Source of the DNA: Octopus vulgaris
Taxonomy: Eukaryota
Assembly (NCBI GenBank): GCA_951406725.2
Contig: OX597815.1
Coordinates: 143,964,001-144,028,000, forward strand
Direction of reading: 5' to 3'
DNA: 64,000 nt
In this document: in pieces, positions 11,466 to 28,421 of the stretch
Layout of the letters: each line of letters begins with the position of its first letter
Numbering within the stretch: the stretch's first letter is position 1
The notes under the pieces: model-generated
What the model was told of the DNA's origin: nothing
The model's database searches: none
What the model saw: only the letters and a program-made list of their open reading frames with translations
Program-made: the position numbers and the translations under genes

Positions 11466-14400
11466 ATCGTGGTCATTTGTAGCATATGAATTAAAGAGTG
11501 GCATTCCTTCTCGGAGAACCCAAGTTCAGGACTAATTAAGTTGGTACGTATCCTGTTACTCGAATAATAGGACGACTTTGATCACATTGCTCCATGTCAT
11601 TGGGGTACATTAATCTCTACGGTCTTTTCCTTTAAATGAACTGAGACAAAGGTTTGGAATTGTCTTTGTCTCTCAATCTCAATGCATGTAGATACTGATG
11701 GTATCGGTTCTTAAAGTTGTTTGTGTCGATATTCACATTTTTTTTTTTCAGTGCCATCAGATGAAGTTATAGTATTCTGTATATCACCGCTTTGAAGCGA
11801 CACGCTCCTTTAAGCAGGCAAGTTAAAGTGTTCTACTGTAATATGTAGAACCGATCTGTTATGGCGTACATTGTGGTATGTGTTTTGTTGTGATATGGGA
11901 TAACGCTATCCAGGCAAGAATAGCTGGTCTTCATGTTATTAGTATTGAAGTATTTGTTGTAGGTTGGAAACGTTATCGTACATATTACGTTACCGAATAT
12001 GTTGATGGCTACATTCATTTTGTTAAGTGAATTGAACCAGATGAAGTTTTTCTGGTTCTTTTGTTTGAGAAATTTTCCAATACGAGTTTCTTGCTAAATC
12101 AGATTCTTGCAAGGCATAATAATATACCATTTTAAACCCCAACCTTTTTTGAAATTAAACAAGGAAGTCTTTTATTTATATATCTACTGAAATATTCCGG
12201 GAAATTTGGAATTTTTAAGTATGTATATGGCTTCCTTAATTTACTTTCTTTAAGGTTAGTATTTGCTTAAGCTGACATCTAATTGTGTGCCTAAAAAGTA
12301 ACATATTGTTGAAATGGCGTCCATGACTTTAATATGCCAATCAACTTCTCTCTAAATCTACCCATGGTGCAGTCGTTCGTGCTGTATGAAATAGCTAAGC
12401 TCTCATCTCGATACAGACCGGAGCTATTGGTGTACTGCACTTTTCTGAGGTTATCTAGCACCATGAACCATACAAGATTAGTTACCTCTGTTCCGTCATA
12501 GAAAACATCGAACAGAAGTTCTTTTTAATCCACATGGAATCGCCTTGATATAAAAGCGATTTCCTAGTGTTCATTATTTTTCTGGTATGAAGACCAAATT
12601 TGATTTGAGAAGGGCTTAAAAGATAGATTAGCAGATGTCCGCGCTTTGGTTGGGTGAATATATAAATGATTTATTTTCGATATCAAGGAGCCACGGAACT
12701 ATATGTGAAATCGGAAACTTTCAAGCAATGCAATTGGTTTGAAATCTTATCTGAGAGGGAAAAAAACAATGTAATGGATATAATGACGGACTTCAGTGTT
12801 TGCTCAAAGAAACCGTTCTACTTCGTTCTGTTTGACAGGCTGTTCTTATTATTTTAACAAAACCCGTAACTACTTTCAGTGTTGAGCTCCTTAGGAACTA
12901 TAAGAAAAGTAAAAAAAAAAAACCCTGTTTATGATCAATGGCGCGAATAAATGCTTATCTGAACCCTGCATGGTGAATGTTCATCAAGCTTAAGTTTTTG
13001 AAAACCACGATGAATCCATTCAAAATGCGATTGATACATTTGGACAAGAGCTTAGACATTTGCAGGGGTTTTTTTTTTTCACATCAGATCTTCAGAAAAC
13101 AGGAAGCAGACAGCTAACATAAATATTGTTTTTCCCTTTAACATCTTTCTATGTTTATATCGTGACGCTTAAACATGCTCACAAGAACCTACAATAATTT
13201 CCTACCACGGAAATCTAATGGCGGACTCCGTCAATGAATATTATTTTTACCATAAATTATATAATAAAACTACTTTAATTTATACTTTAGAGTTAATAAG
13301 ATGTCGATATGTCGTCATCTTTTCATAAATCATTCAATATACTTTACATGTTTCTTCTTTTCAATCCAAAGTTTTCAAGTTACGACCTAAGTATATAAAT
13401 ATCAGTATATCCTGATCATAAGTTAGTATGAAAATTGCATTTAAATTGAAACTGAGACTATATTCTATTTGAAACTCTAAAATTAATTGACAAATAAAAT
13501 TTTTAAAAATAAGAAGTGAAATAGAACCAGTGTGTGCCTTTATTATTAGCATAATGATTCTCCTGGGCGACAGCAAAATTATGTTATTGTTTAAATGAAT
13601 TATATTCAAAACTAAGAGTATTAATTATAGCCAATGTATAGGCCACTGCTTGATGTACTGTATTGTTTTATGTTTTGTATAGAGTTTCATGATACTGAAC
13701 ACAATAATTTGTTAATATTCTAACAATATTATAACACCGCTGTATGTAACCGTAAATACATTACGGTTAATTGTGACACATTAAACCTAATTTAACTCAT
13801 ATTTAACGGGTGAGAGAAAATCATAATTGCGATTGAAATTTTCAGAAAAGCTAAGGTTTATAAATGACATTCATAACAACGGCAGCATTATACGTAATGT
13901 CACGCACGGTTCTAAGTATGAGATTAACTGCAGTGTACGTTAATTTAGATGTATTTTTAATTACTGTTATATCCGCCTGTAACTGATATTCTCGATGTAG
14001 TCTAAATATGCTGTGAGTATGCTTTAAATGGTTTCTTATATATGAGACGTGATTGCTATTAAGGTTGTGTTTACCAAACAAATATACAATTATATATATA
14101 TACACAATAAATTATGATAATATTATACAGCTGTGTCAGTAACCCCAACTTAATGTTTTCATATAAAAAATATATGAAGTGAATAATTAAATTTAGCAAG
14201 AAGAATGCAATAAACTTCAACTTTTGAGTTATGGAATTAATGGCAAGTGATTAGCAAATGAATTATTATTGTTATTATTGTTGTTGTTGTTGTTGTTGTA
14301 AAAGATGTTTCGTCTAGCTCTCCTATATATTGATTATTACCAGGTGAAACAACTTGCTAAAATATTTTTAATGCAGAAATTCTAAATAGAGAAGTAGCGA

Positions 14401-16403
14401 TTTCATTGTTTGCATTAATTCTTCCCTGTTTTCAGGTAAAGAAAAAAAAAGCATTAAATTAAGAAGAAAAATATTTTCTTTTCTGCTTTTCATAAACAAA
14501 TAAAACGCTTTCAACATTTTAAAACCACCCCCGAAAAAATCCGAAAAACAAATGCGTTTTACAGATAGTAGACAGAGTAAAGGAAGATTACTTCAATCCC
14601 TCAGTATAATATATATATTTCAAACACACACACACACACACATACATACATACATACACACATACTCACACACGCACACACGCACACACACACACACACA
14701 CATACATACATACATACATACATACATACATACATACATACATACATACACACAAACACACAAACACACATACATACAAACACACACAAACAAACACACA
14801 TACAAACACACACACACACATACACACACACACACATACGCACACATACACACGCACACACACACACACACACAGGTATTTGACCGTTTGACGAAGCAAA
14901 ATAATGAATGAACAGTACGAACTAAGAAACAGAGGAAGTGTTTCCACTCCCTTCTTTCGTTGAGCTAGCTGCCTCAAACAAACAGGTCATAAATAGGAAT
15001 TACTAAGTCGAGAAAAAGTCTGCCTGACAGAGCTGCGTGACAAGGGAATGTACGTCTGTGCCGTAATCCGTTGTCGAATAGCGAATAAAAAATAAAATAT
15101 TCTTACCTCTGCATCTAGAAAGACCTGAGTTTTTTTTTCTTCTCATTCCTCCTAAATAGCAACTGTAAGCAACTCTGGCCGGTGGCACCATATGCATGAT
15201 ATCTTAAATGGGAGACGAGTTAATAAAAAGAAGCCGAGCCGATGCACTACAGTCTGCTCCAATACTTATGCCACAATACTTGAGGTAGCGCAACATGTTG
15301 CTTACAGTAAAGTATCGTCATTATTTTTGTGATGCAATACGGACAGTTGAAGTACACAAAGACAAGATGTCGTTTTAATGACTCCAAAAAACGGTAGAGT
15401 ACTTTCGGAACTGTGTTTCGCTCTGGGTGCAGAAAGCAAAGGCATGAAACAGATGGTGCAAGGTTGTTACACTTGTGTAAGACCCCTTGAAGGTTTTCCG
15501 ATCTTCAAGAACAAGAAAAAGTCCAGGAATGTTAACAAGAGGATCCGTAATAATAATAGTAGACCTCTGATGAACAGTCGTTGCTCCAGCAACTTTCCTC
15601 GTCGCAGCTTCAGAAATGATGGAAACGATCGCTAAATACGTAGTTGCAGAAGCTGGTGTCACCTAAGTTTCTCTTTCCATTAATATTACTTATCTTCTTG
15701 TAGTATTGACAGAAAATGGAGTACTAGAAGAAGAAATTCGGCCACTGAAGTTCCTCGCCTTCACATAGTCATTCAATTTCACAATGGTTGTAGGGGGTAA
15801 CTACGAACTGCTCAATGTTCAATCTGAAGAAAAATAGGCCAACAAATATGCTGACATAGTGCGACGTGAGACACGAATAACAGAAGCATTCGTGAGACGG
15901 GGTCTTACCAAAGACCACACTAGGGAGACTACAAGTGTAGAGTATGACGGGATCATCATGGTTCAACTCAGCCGGAAAATGTTTACGGGTGCATTTGGAA
16001 GCTCAATAATTTGAAGAGTATCATTATTTTAACTTCCTACCACTATTCCTAAAAAGTTACACCGAACCAACCTCCTTTTAAACATCTCACAAAAACTCCA
16101 TCGTACTTGTGCTTCAGGTCAGATAAATGGTAATGGTCAAACATTTCTATACTGACCGCACTTGTCAGGGAAGAACTTTACCTCCGGCACTAGAGAATTA
16201 CCAAAACCATATTCCTACGTTTACCCTTCCACACCCTTCACACAGCTCACTACTCATATAAAGAATTACTATTATTTCTCAAGGTTATCAGAATCCATCA
16301 CCAACTTGAAGATGTTTATCCCCAACATAAATCATTATTAAAAAAACACAAGAAATGCCTTTGTGCATTGCACAAAATGCAAATTCTCTATTTCTTTCTC
16401 CCC

Positions 16404-16448
<45 letters not shown>

Positions 16449-17189
16449 AAGAATTACCGTTTTTGGAATACTCCTATCAACCATTCTTTGGCCAGTAAAG
16501 TTTATAAGCAACACTCTTGTAGGTAAACCCGCTGCCTTTCTGCCCGTTTAGCTTACGACTCCATGCTGCACAGGCATAAATCCTCCCCACCCTAACGTTT
16601 ATTATGCAATGTTATTCACACATCTGAAATATCGTTGACCACAGCAAACAAACCATTTATTTGACACTGATACATTAATTGATACGGTTCTTTTGACTAA
16701 TGCTTCCATCTAAAACAACCGCTGAACCCCTATTTAATACATCTACCCAAAACCTACATAATGTATCTATCTGTTTTCCTCTTACAATCCCTACTGTATC
16801 TCATTCTCCGGGTCACACAAAACATATTTCCTAATCATCTCACTCGAAACTCCAGATTTCCTTCACCGCAACTCTTTCCCCTACAAACATGAAAGCACCT
16901 GAAATCCAAACAGAACACCAACAACATCAAGCTGATCAATCGGTATGAGGTGGACAGGCAGGCTTTGAGAGGGGGCATTGAAACATCAAGGCTACCGTCC
17001 CTTCTTTTTCTCTGATTAATCATTAAGAAAACATTACGTTTTCCAAGACTGATAAAATAAATATTACTCAAATAGTACAGTTAGCAGTCAACTGTGCCTT
17101 CCACCAAATCTTGTGGCCTTGTGCATTATTTTAGTATTATTATTATCATAATCATTATCGTTATTATCATTATTATTATTATTATTATT

Positions 17190-19282
17190 GTCATTTACTT
17201 TTAATCTGCATGTTTGATGCAATCACCTGCCGGGGCACACCCAGCGCCCTAGGGCAAGTGAAGGTTAAGAGTTGTTGAAATATAGCTGAAAGCTTGGGGA
17301 GGGGAAGTAGAGAAATATCTCCATGTAATACAAACACAGACATTTACATTGATAGGGTTTTTCTAAGGATGTGGGCAGTACTTGTTAGCACAATCTTTTG
17401 GATTTCCTTGAGACATGGTTTTCCAGGGATATTGTCTAGGTGTTTCTGACATCCCTTTTTTATCATACCTAGGGCACCTACAATAACAGGAACAGTTTTT
17501 GTTTTAAGATTCCACATCCTCTGTATTTCGATTTCCAGGTCCTTATATTTACTAAGTTTGTCAAATTCCTTGACAGATACATTTTTATCAGTGGGGACGC
17601 TTACTTCTATTAGTCTGCAGGTATTTTCTTCCCTGTCTTTAACAATTATGTCTGGTCGATTAGCCTTGATCGTTCTGTCAGTGTTGACTGGAAAATCCCA
17701 GAGGATGGTGACATCTTTACCTTCAACAACTGGCTGAGGATGGTGTTCATACCAGTTAGCAGGAGTGTCGGATTTGTAGTGTTTACATATCTTCCAATGT
17801 ATATACTGTCCTACCCTATCGTGGCGATTTTTGTATTCGTTTGGTGTCAGCACAGGACATCCCGAAACGAGATGGTCTATTGTTTCGTCAAATGTGTCAC
17901 AGAATCTGCATTTAGGGTCAGTACCGTTTCGGAGAACGTTAGCCTGGTAATTTCTGGTAAACAAGCTTTGATCTTGTGCTGCCATTATGAAGCCTTCAGT
18001 CTCTGCTTTCAATCCAGAACTCTTCAGCCACTGATGGGTTGTTGCTTGGTCTACATCAGCATTTTGGCTTCGGAGAATGTATTGTCCATGCAGGGGCTTC
18101 TGGCTCCACCGCCTCTCAATTTGATTCTGCCCATTCTTTTTGCAGTCTGCCTGATTCGCTTTGCTTGCTTGGTAGCAGTGGTTTCTGGCTCTTCACCTGA
18201 TTCAAGGTTAATGCCTAGTTCCCTTTCGAACTTATAAGCTTCCTTGACAATAGAATGCAGCTTTTTGCTGCTTTCGTGTTCACACACAAGTCGCAGCATC
18301 CAGTCTTTTGTACTAGATAGGTACCTGTTCATTCCTACAGTAGAGGTCTTATAGCACAGCTCCAATTGCATCATTCCTCTCCCCCGCTGCTTCTAGGTAG
18401 GTACAAGCGGTCTACATCTGCCTTAGGGTGGTGCATGCTCCTGGATGTCAGTAACTTTCTTGTCTTCCTGTCCAAGCGTTGGAGTTCCGTAAGGTTCCAG
18501 TTAATGATGTTAAAACTGTACTGGACTACTGGAAGTGCCAGGGTGTTAATGGCCTCAATGCAATTTTTGGAGTTGAGTTCAGTCTTCAGTACAAGCCTTA
18601 TTCTCCTATAGTACTCCTTTCTTATTTTTTCCTTCATAGTAGCATGATGTATACCATCTCCTTCGTTGATTCCTAGGTATTTGTAGCTTTCTTGTGGGTC
18701 AAGTTCCTTGATGGTAGTGTCAATATCTAATTTAACAGAAGCTGTTTGCCTGAGCTTGCCTCTTACAAAAGTTGCTTTAGCACACTTATCAAGGCCAAAA
18801 TCCATTCCGATATCATTGCTAAACTCTTTAACAGTTGTTAGCAGCCCTTCTAGCTCTTGGTCATTCTTGGCAAACAGCTTTAGATCGTCCATATAAAAAA
18901 GGTGGTTTATTAACTTGCTAAAAACTTTGTACCCATATCTGGCACTATCCAATTCGTTTGAGAGTGGGATCAGTGCCATGCAAAAAAGTAATGGAGAGAG
19001 GGAGTCACCTTGAAAGATGCCTCGTTTGATGTTGATGCTGTTGGACTGGCTCATCCCATTACTATGGCTTAGGAAGAGACGTGTGTTCCACATGGTCATG
19101 CTATTCTCTAAGAATTTTGAGACGACAGGGGAGATCTTGTATATCTCAAGGGCCTTGAGTATCCATTTATGTGGGACACTGTCATACGCTTTCTTGTAGT
19201 CTATCCATGCCATACTCAGGTTTTTGTTTTTGCTCCGGCAATTCTCTACAATCATTCTGTTTATGAGCAATCATTCTGTTTA
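17190..19282 (-). mobile_element. R4/Dong-type non-LTR retrotransposon (RT + CCHC + restriction-like endonuclease), 5'-truncated, two frameshifts
   Basis: ORFs 18371..19270, 18051..18374 and 17344..18012 join into one protein: WIDYKKAYDSV, GIFQGDSLSPLLF, YMDD, YKYLG, CRFC...H...C, RPD...E...K..KY. (TAA)n-type tracts on both sides match the known Dong target. Confidence 0.9.
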
Positions 19283-19382
19283 TTATTATTATTATTATCA
19301 TTATTATTATTATTATCATTATTATTACTATTATTATTATTATTATTATTATTACTGTTATTATTATTATTATTATTATTAC

Positions 19383-19439
<57 letters not shown>

Positions 19440-20595
19440 CATTATTATTATTATTATTATTATTATCGTTTTCACACGATGTACCACCCGCTGTGTTTGT
19501 GCCTTTGTGTTTGATCTCCGTTAAAAATCTATCAATAGGTGTCTTTCTAGCAAATAAAAGAACCATTTACATTTACTCTTAAGTGTGTGGCATGTGTCTC
19601 CGCTTATCTTACAATGTTTCTTGTGCTTTGGCTTGTTTACCTATTGTTGCCGCTTATTTTTCTGATCGTCGCCATCTTTGTTGTTGTTGTCGTCACCATT
19701 ACTGCTGCTGCTGTTGCTTTTGTTATTGTTATTGCTACCGTTCATGCAGTTGTTTCAGAATGTACAATGTTCGCCATCATTGTTGCTGCTATTTTGCTGT
19801 TGCTATTGTTTTTGTTATTATTATTATTATGTTGTTGTTGTTTTGGTGGTGGTGGTGCTGGTGGTGGTGGTGGTGGTGGTGGTGGTGGTGGTGGTGGTGG
19901 TGGTGGTGGTGGGTGTGGTGGTGCTGGTGGTGGTGGTGGTGGGTGTGGTGGTGGTGGTTGTGGTGGTGGTGGTGGTGGTGATGGTGGTGGCGGCGGCGGT
20001 AATGATGGTGGTGGTGGTGGTAGTGGTGGTGGTGGTGGTTTTTATTGTTGTTTCAGACTACCACATCCCTACCACCACCATCACCACCTCCACCATCACC
20101 ACCTCCACCATCGCCTACAAGTCGGCTCCTCTTGTCATGGCGGCAGTGTTAAGTCAAATGTTCTTTCAACATAAGAGAGTACTTCCGTCTTTGTTGTCAA
20201 ATGGCTTTACACACTTTTCTTGTACTCCTGTCCACATCTTTGGAAGGAGTAGTGAGGGGCACGGAGGGACTACGCTCTATGTAGTTGCGTGATTGTATGA
20301 GTCTGTGTGTATGCGCATGTCTGCTTGTATGCATGGGGTTACTTGAGCGCCTGTGTCTCTGTAACGCTATTCGTGTGGTCGTTTGAGCCTGTATATGTGT
20401 ATGTGCATGCATAAATACACATGTATTTATAAGTGTGTGTGTATATATATGTGTGTATTTATACGTGTGTGTGTGTTTGTGTGTGTGTTTGTGTGTGTAT
20501 TTGTGTGTATGTATATGTGTATATATATGTGCGTGTGTATGTGTGTATGTATAGATATGTGTATGTATAAATATGCTTGTGTGCGTGAGTGTGTG

Positions 20596-21121
<526 letters not shown>

Positions 21122-21726
21122 GTAGATGCAAGTGTGTGTACATGTGTATATGGGAATGCGCGTGATTGTGTGTGTGAGCGGAGAGAGAGAGAGAGACAGA
21201 CAGACAGAGACAGAAACAGAGAAAGAAAGAGAGAGAGAATGGGTACTGGAACTGGGTGAGGACTGCTAAAAAGAAAAGGAAAGTTTTGTGGCTAAAGAAA
21301 AGCATGCTTTGCTGTAAAAAAACACTGGCGCTTATTGCATTGAAATGTCGTCACCGCAGCTAAGGTCGTTGACGCCTGATTGGTCCTCAACACCCTCAAC
21401 AGACGCTAGAAGAGACGAGCATTGCACCACGAGACTAAACAGCAGCTACGGAAATCTACATGTGTGTGAATGTGTATGTCCTTAATACGTATGTTTGTGT
21501 ATTTATGTTTGTGTATTTATACACAAACACACACACACAAACATACATAACAATACATATATGTGTGTGTGTGTTTGTGTGTATGTGTGTGTGCGTATAC
21601 AAACATAAACACGTACATGCGTACATACATACATACATACATACATACATACATACATACATACATACATACATACATACATACATACATACATACATAC
21701 ATACATACATACATACATACATACAT

Positions 21727-22450
<724 letters not shown>

Positions 22451-22837
22451 GTAAAAAAGTAATACATACATACATACATACATACATACATACATACATA
22501 CATACATACATACATACATACATACATACATACATACATGTATTCAGACATATACTTACGTACATATTGATGTACACGACCAGACCATATATATGTACAT
22601 GATTTTAAAATCATTCCACTTCTTTCGCCTTTTCCTAGGGATTGCCGTTTTCCTCAGTTTCTAGTATGAGACTGATTGGTAAATTCGCAATTATGAAAAT
22701 ATATTTTATTAATTCAATATACCCACTCTGTTAACCAATATGTGAGTGCCTGTTTTTCCCAACTCGTGAATTTTTAGACCACTGTATACGTACATCTGTA
22801 TGTGTGTGTGTGAGTGTGTGTGTATTATATTATATTA

Positions 22838-22917
<80 letters not shown>

Positions 22918-23042
22918 GGTATGTAGAAAAATACAACATGGACAAGAACGTATAACTCTTAGAAGACGACACAATAAACACGGACAGGACATTCGAAACC
23001 CTCAGTCTTCAGTCAAGAACCGGATCATCGTAGTAATTTCGG

Positions 23043-23077
<35 letters not shown>

Positions 23078-25631
23078 ATGGCCATAAATTGCTTTACCCA
23101 TTTCTTTATTATTATTAGAAATGGGCAAAACAACTTATGACCATCCCTGTATATGTGCGTGTGTATGTATATATATATATATATTATATATATTATGAAG
23201 GCGGCGAGCTGGCAGAAACGGTAGCACGCCGGGCGAAATGCGAAGCCGTATTTCACACTCGTTTCTGCCTTTAACAATCGTTATCAAAGTAACGATATCG
23301 TGTGGTAAGTATCAACCGTCGAATGAACACAAACTATGTATATTGGCATGAATTGAGCACGTTTTTTTATCGTGGTATATTTTGTTCAAGAGGACTTGGA
23401 ACACACACGCAGCCGCCCACTCACACACATATGTATATCATGTTTGTATATGTATGTATATACGTACGTACGTACGTACGTATGTATGTATGTATGTATG
23501 TATGTATGTATGTATGTATGTATGTATGTATGTATGTATGTATGTGTATGTTTACTTAGACACATGCACAAAAGCACACGTGTGCACACATATATAAGTA
23601 CATATCTGTCTGCTTATTTTAGACCATTGTTTGATTATTCTAATCGTGAGGGTCGGTGTGGTGTAATGTGTTGTGGTGAGGCGTTGTATGATGGAAGTAC
23701 GTACTGGACGGTTGCCATATTGTTAGCTGCTGACCTGTTGAAGTCTTTTACACAATGTGCCCGTCTCCTCCGACGCCAGCAACATCGACTTCAGCATCTA
23801 CAAGAACAACATCAATAACGCAACCACCAACACCTCCGTCAACAATAACACCACAAAACTGTAAACCAACAACAACACAAAAACAAACACCAACGTCACC
23901 ATCACCACCACCAACAGTATCAATAACACCTACACCTACAATAGCAGCAAAAACAATACAAACACCATCAATGCCAACATCAACATCATCGGGACCGACA
24001 GCAACAGCGCCTATAACAATAATACCTACAGTAACAATAGCATCAAAAACAATGCCAAGATTACGAAGAACAACACCAGCAACAGCATCAATAATACCAA
24101 CGACGAAAACAATGCGACGGCTTCACACGATCTTTGTCTCATTTAAATCACTCCTCGTGTTGTCAGCACATAAGCTTGTCTAAAAGCTCTTTGCAAAGTG
24201 GGTCGATATATTTCAAGACAATTACTGGATTATCAATATAGTAATCATCATATTCATATTACGCAGTCTTGCAGTGAAATTAGGGCCCACAACAGCTTTT
24301 TTTGATAGCTTGCGATAGAGAACGAACCGACCGGTTTCACTTGGAGAGTCAGAAGTGAGAGAAACCCGATGAATTGTTTGAATAATAAAAACAGCAGCAG
24401 TTTTTTTTTCTTTTTCTGTTATCGTTTACTTATTTCAGTCATTGAATTACGGCCATACCGAAGCATCACCTTGAAGTGTTTAAGTCGAACAAATCAACCC
24501 CAGTACTTTTTTAACTGTGGTAATGATTTTTTAGGTCGCCTGCCGAACCACTAAGTTACGGGGACGTAAATAGACCAACACTGGTTGCCAAGTGTTAGGC
24601 GGGCCAAATACACCCACGCACACACATACACACACAAACAAACACACATACTCACATGCACACACACACACACGTTCTCCTGGCTCTCTTTTCTTTTCTT
24701 ATCTCTGCCTTTCTTCTTTTCTTTGGACTTTTCTCTGCGTATCCGATGCAGAGTTATATCTGAAGCATTATACTTTTACTCCGTAACTTTTACTTTACAA
24801 CTTTTCCTTTCTTTGAGCATCAACCTAATAATATTTATTGTGAACGTCCCTTGGACTGTTGTTACTTTACGTATTCGATTTTGTTTTGTTATTGTTTTGT
24901 TATTGATTTGATGTGTGTGTCTGTGTGTAAAAGGTGGGCTTCAATACAGTTTCCGCTCGCTTAATCTACTCATAAGGCATTGGCTGGTTCAAGACTATGC
25001 CAGAAGCCACTTGCCCAATGTTCCGCACTGTGAGACTGAACCCAAAACTATTTTACGAAAGCAAAGCAGCTTAGCAATACTAGAGCCTCTAAAATAGTGA
25101 TTACAAGAGCAAGTAAGAGAAATTCTGGCAAGGGAATCATGTCCTATGCAATGCAGCACCCACATTTTTCACAGATGGGACAACATACCCCAAATCTAAG
25201 AAGAGAACTCCTCAAAATGAAGGCATCATGGACATCATCTAGCACGTTGTCTATATAAGAAATATAAAGCAACACATTGGATACTTATATCTCGTATCTG
25301 ATATAGTTTGACAGCTATACAGCTGCTTTGTAGTGAACATTTATAAGACTGGTATAGTAGACATCTATGTATCTGATGTAATAGACAGCTGTGAGTCTGA
25401 TGTAATGGACAGCCACGTACCTGGCATTTGGTGAATCAGCACAATATCTTATATATGACACAACTATAGCATACTTTAGCGGACATCTATTCATCTGCTA
25501 CGTGAGGGAGTTATATTTATGATATTATGCATATGTATAAATGTATGTTCTCGTATGTACGTACATATGTGTGTATGTACGAATGTCTGTTATACGTATG
25601 TATGCATGTACATATGTATATACCTATCTAA

Positions 25632-25662
<31 letters not shown>

Positions 25663-25840
25663 CATTATAGAATGTAATGTATATATATATTTATGTGTGC
25701 GTGTATATGTATATATATATATATATGTATGTATATATATATTTATATATATATATATATATATGTATATACATGCATATAACGTTTTCCCGTATCGCTT
25801 TCTTGTGTATTTTATATTATTCATATTATTTACTATCATC

Positions 25841-25875
<35 letters not shown>

Positions 25876-25895
25876 CATCATCATCATCATCATCA

Positions 25896-25926
<31 letters not shown>

Positions 25927-25944
25927 CATTATTATTATTATTAA

Positions 25945-25989
<45 letters not shown>

Positions 25990-26207
25990 TCTACTTTGTT
26001 TTCATTTTCGTTTTCCTCCCATATTCAATACAAATCCCCTACCTTTTCCTTGTTTATGAAATTTGCCTTCTCTTCTGTTCCCATCCTGTTATTATAATCA
26101 CTATACTCACAACGACAACCACCACCACCACCACACCACCATCATCATTAATATGACCATTATCCTTTTCCATGAATAAGATGTACGATCACCGTCATCT
26201 CCCTTGC

Positions 26208-26261
<54 letters not shown>

Positions 26262-26770
26262 ATTGACAAAACGATTTGTTATTATTCTTATGAGAACGTT
26301 AGATCAAAATTCCCACACTATGTCGCCTTAGTGGCGGCCCCTGCTCGAGACATGATCGGTGCGGCTAATCTTTTCTTCTCGACGCCGTCGTCAATGACCA
26401 AAATACAAAGAGTGAAAGCGATTCTTTGACACTTTGTTCAGTTGGCGCGATGTGGCCGCCATTTTCCTACGAATTTATCTGAAGTGGAGAGTAAGTTCCT
26501 TTTTTTTTTTCTTTTTCGCTTTGTTTTCCTTCTATTTACAGACGCCACCTTTAACCTCGGCTACCAATAACACCTCCGCCGATACCATTCTCAACGTCAT
26601 CAAACACTACAACTGGCGAAAGTGCAATCTTTTAGGAACATAACAAACGGCTTTCCTATATATAACATTTGCATTTCTATGACAAACTGGTGTTTATAGA
26701 CAGTACAGATATTTTTACGAGAACAATCGTGTGAGAATATGTGTGTCGTTGTTTTGTGCGCACGCCTGTA

Positions 26771-26832
<62 letters not shown>

Positions 26833-27463
26833 TGTATATGTACATGTGTGTATGTATACACACACACACACACACATATATATATATGTATGTAGTATGT
26901 ATGATATTCGTGGACGTGTGCATGTGTGCTATATTGTGCGTGTGCAATTATATGTACATTTTGTATGTGAGTGAGTATATTTGTTAATGGGTATATGTGC
27001 AAATGCATGTGGGAGGATATTGTTGGTGTTATAGATACAGGCTGTGTGGTAAAGAGCTTGCTTCCCAATCACATGGTTCTGGGTTCAGTCGCACTGCGTG
27101 ACACATAAGGAGAGTGTCTTCTACAATAGCCTTGGGTTGACCAAAGAAATCAACCACCTAAAGGCAGTAACATAGGAGTTGGACATAAGAGGTGTTGGCG
27201 GACGACGATCAGGCCAAAGAAAGAAAGATCATGACTGGCCGGACACTGTGGAAGGAGGAGAGATGGCCAAGGGCAATGGGATTGAAGTATTAGAAAAAGT
27301 CAGAGACAAATAGAAAGATACAGGGGGAGATAAACGAGTGGGAAATAGTGGGAATTAAAGAAAAAGAGGGCCAAGAAATGTGTGAGAGAGAGGGGGAGCG
27401 AGAAAAAGAAAACAGGAAGAAAGTGAGAGAGGGACTAAAAGATAGAGTAAAAGTAAGGTCACT

Positions 27464-27714
27464 AAGAGGCACCAGCTTTGCTAGAAATAGGAGTCAAATT
27501 ACCCAGAAGCCACAAGCATTAGCACCAGATTTTCACAAACACGGTTGGAAAAAAACTAAGTGAATAAGGATTGCATCTTACCTCTGCAAAATTGTAAGAA
27601 GGAAAGCCGGTTAACCTGGTATCATGATTTCGAATTTAGCGCCAAAAGCACTTGATTCTCTTCAACCAAGTCTACTCCAGATAACACCTATTTCTAGCAA
27701 AAGTGGCGCTTCTT
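27464..27714. mobile_element. Degenerate MITE-like element
   Basis: 31-bp inverted repeats matching at 26/31 positions (core TTTGCTAGAAATAGG). Confidence 0.5.
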
Positions 27715-27832
27715 TGTGCCCATATTCTATGTAATTTTTATATATCTCTATGAATTTTGCCTATACGGTTTTAAGCTTGCGGCCACTTACATTGTTATCT
27801 CTCATGAGTAATATCTTTTATACGTATATATT

Positions 27833-28012
27833 ATCTTTTACTTGTTTCAGTCATTAAACTGCTGTCATGTAAGGGTACCTCCTTGGAGACCTTTTTAGTC
27901 GAAGGAATCGATCCTAGGACTTTTGCCGAGCCGCTAGATAACAGGAACGTAAACACTCCAGCACCAGTTGTCAAGAGGTGGTGGGGGACAAAGACACGAA
28001 CACACAAACACG

Positions 28013-28092
<80 letters not shown>

Positions 28093-28368
28093 TATATATT
28101 ATTCACCGATTTGAAGCGACAATGCTTAAATGACTGAAAAATGATGAGCTAACCCCAGCCAGAATCGAACCCACAAATCAACGCTGTCTTGTATATATAC
28201 ATTTATATACGACAGGCTTGTTTCAGTTTCTGTCAACCAAACAGCCAAAGCCACTTACAGGGGTTTAGTCAGCCTGAGGCTATAGTAGAAGACACTTGCC
28301 CAATATGCAACGCAATGGGAGTGAACACTAAACCATGTGACTACGAAGCAAGCTTCTTACCACACAGC

Positions 28369-28370
<2 letters not shown>
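27833..28370 (-). mobile_element. Family A SINE, internally deleted
   Basis: Tail 27833-27995, head 28200-28370. Confidence 0.75.

Positions 28371-28420
<50 letters not shown>

Positions 28421-28421
<1 letters not shown>

Noticed and set aside
14344-14435. AG...GT bounded exon-like segment
   Set aside because: Stop codons in all three frames; no other support.
15375-15662. Short non-repetitive ORFs in the unique 11.5-16 kb region
   Set aside because: No recognisable motif; lengths are as expected by chance.
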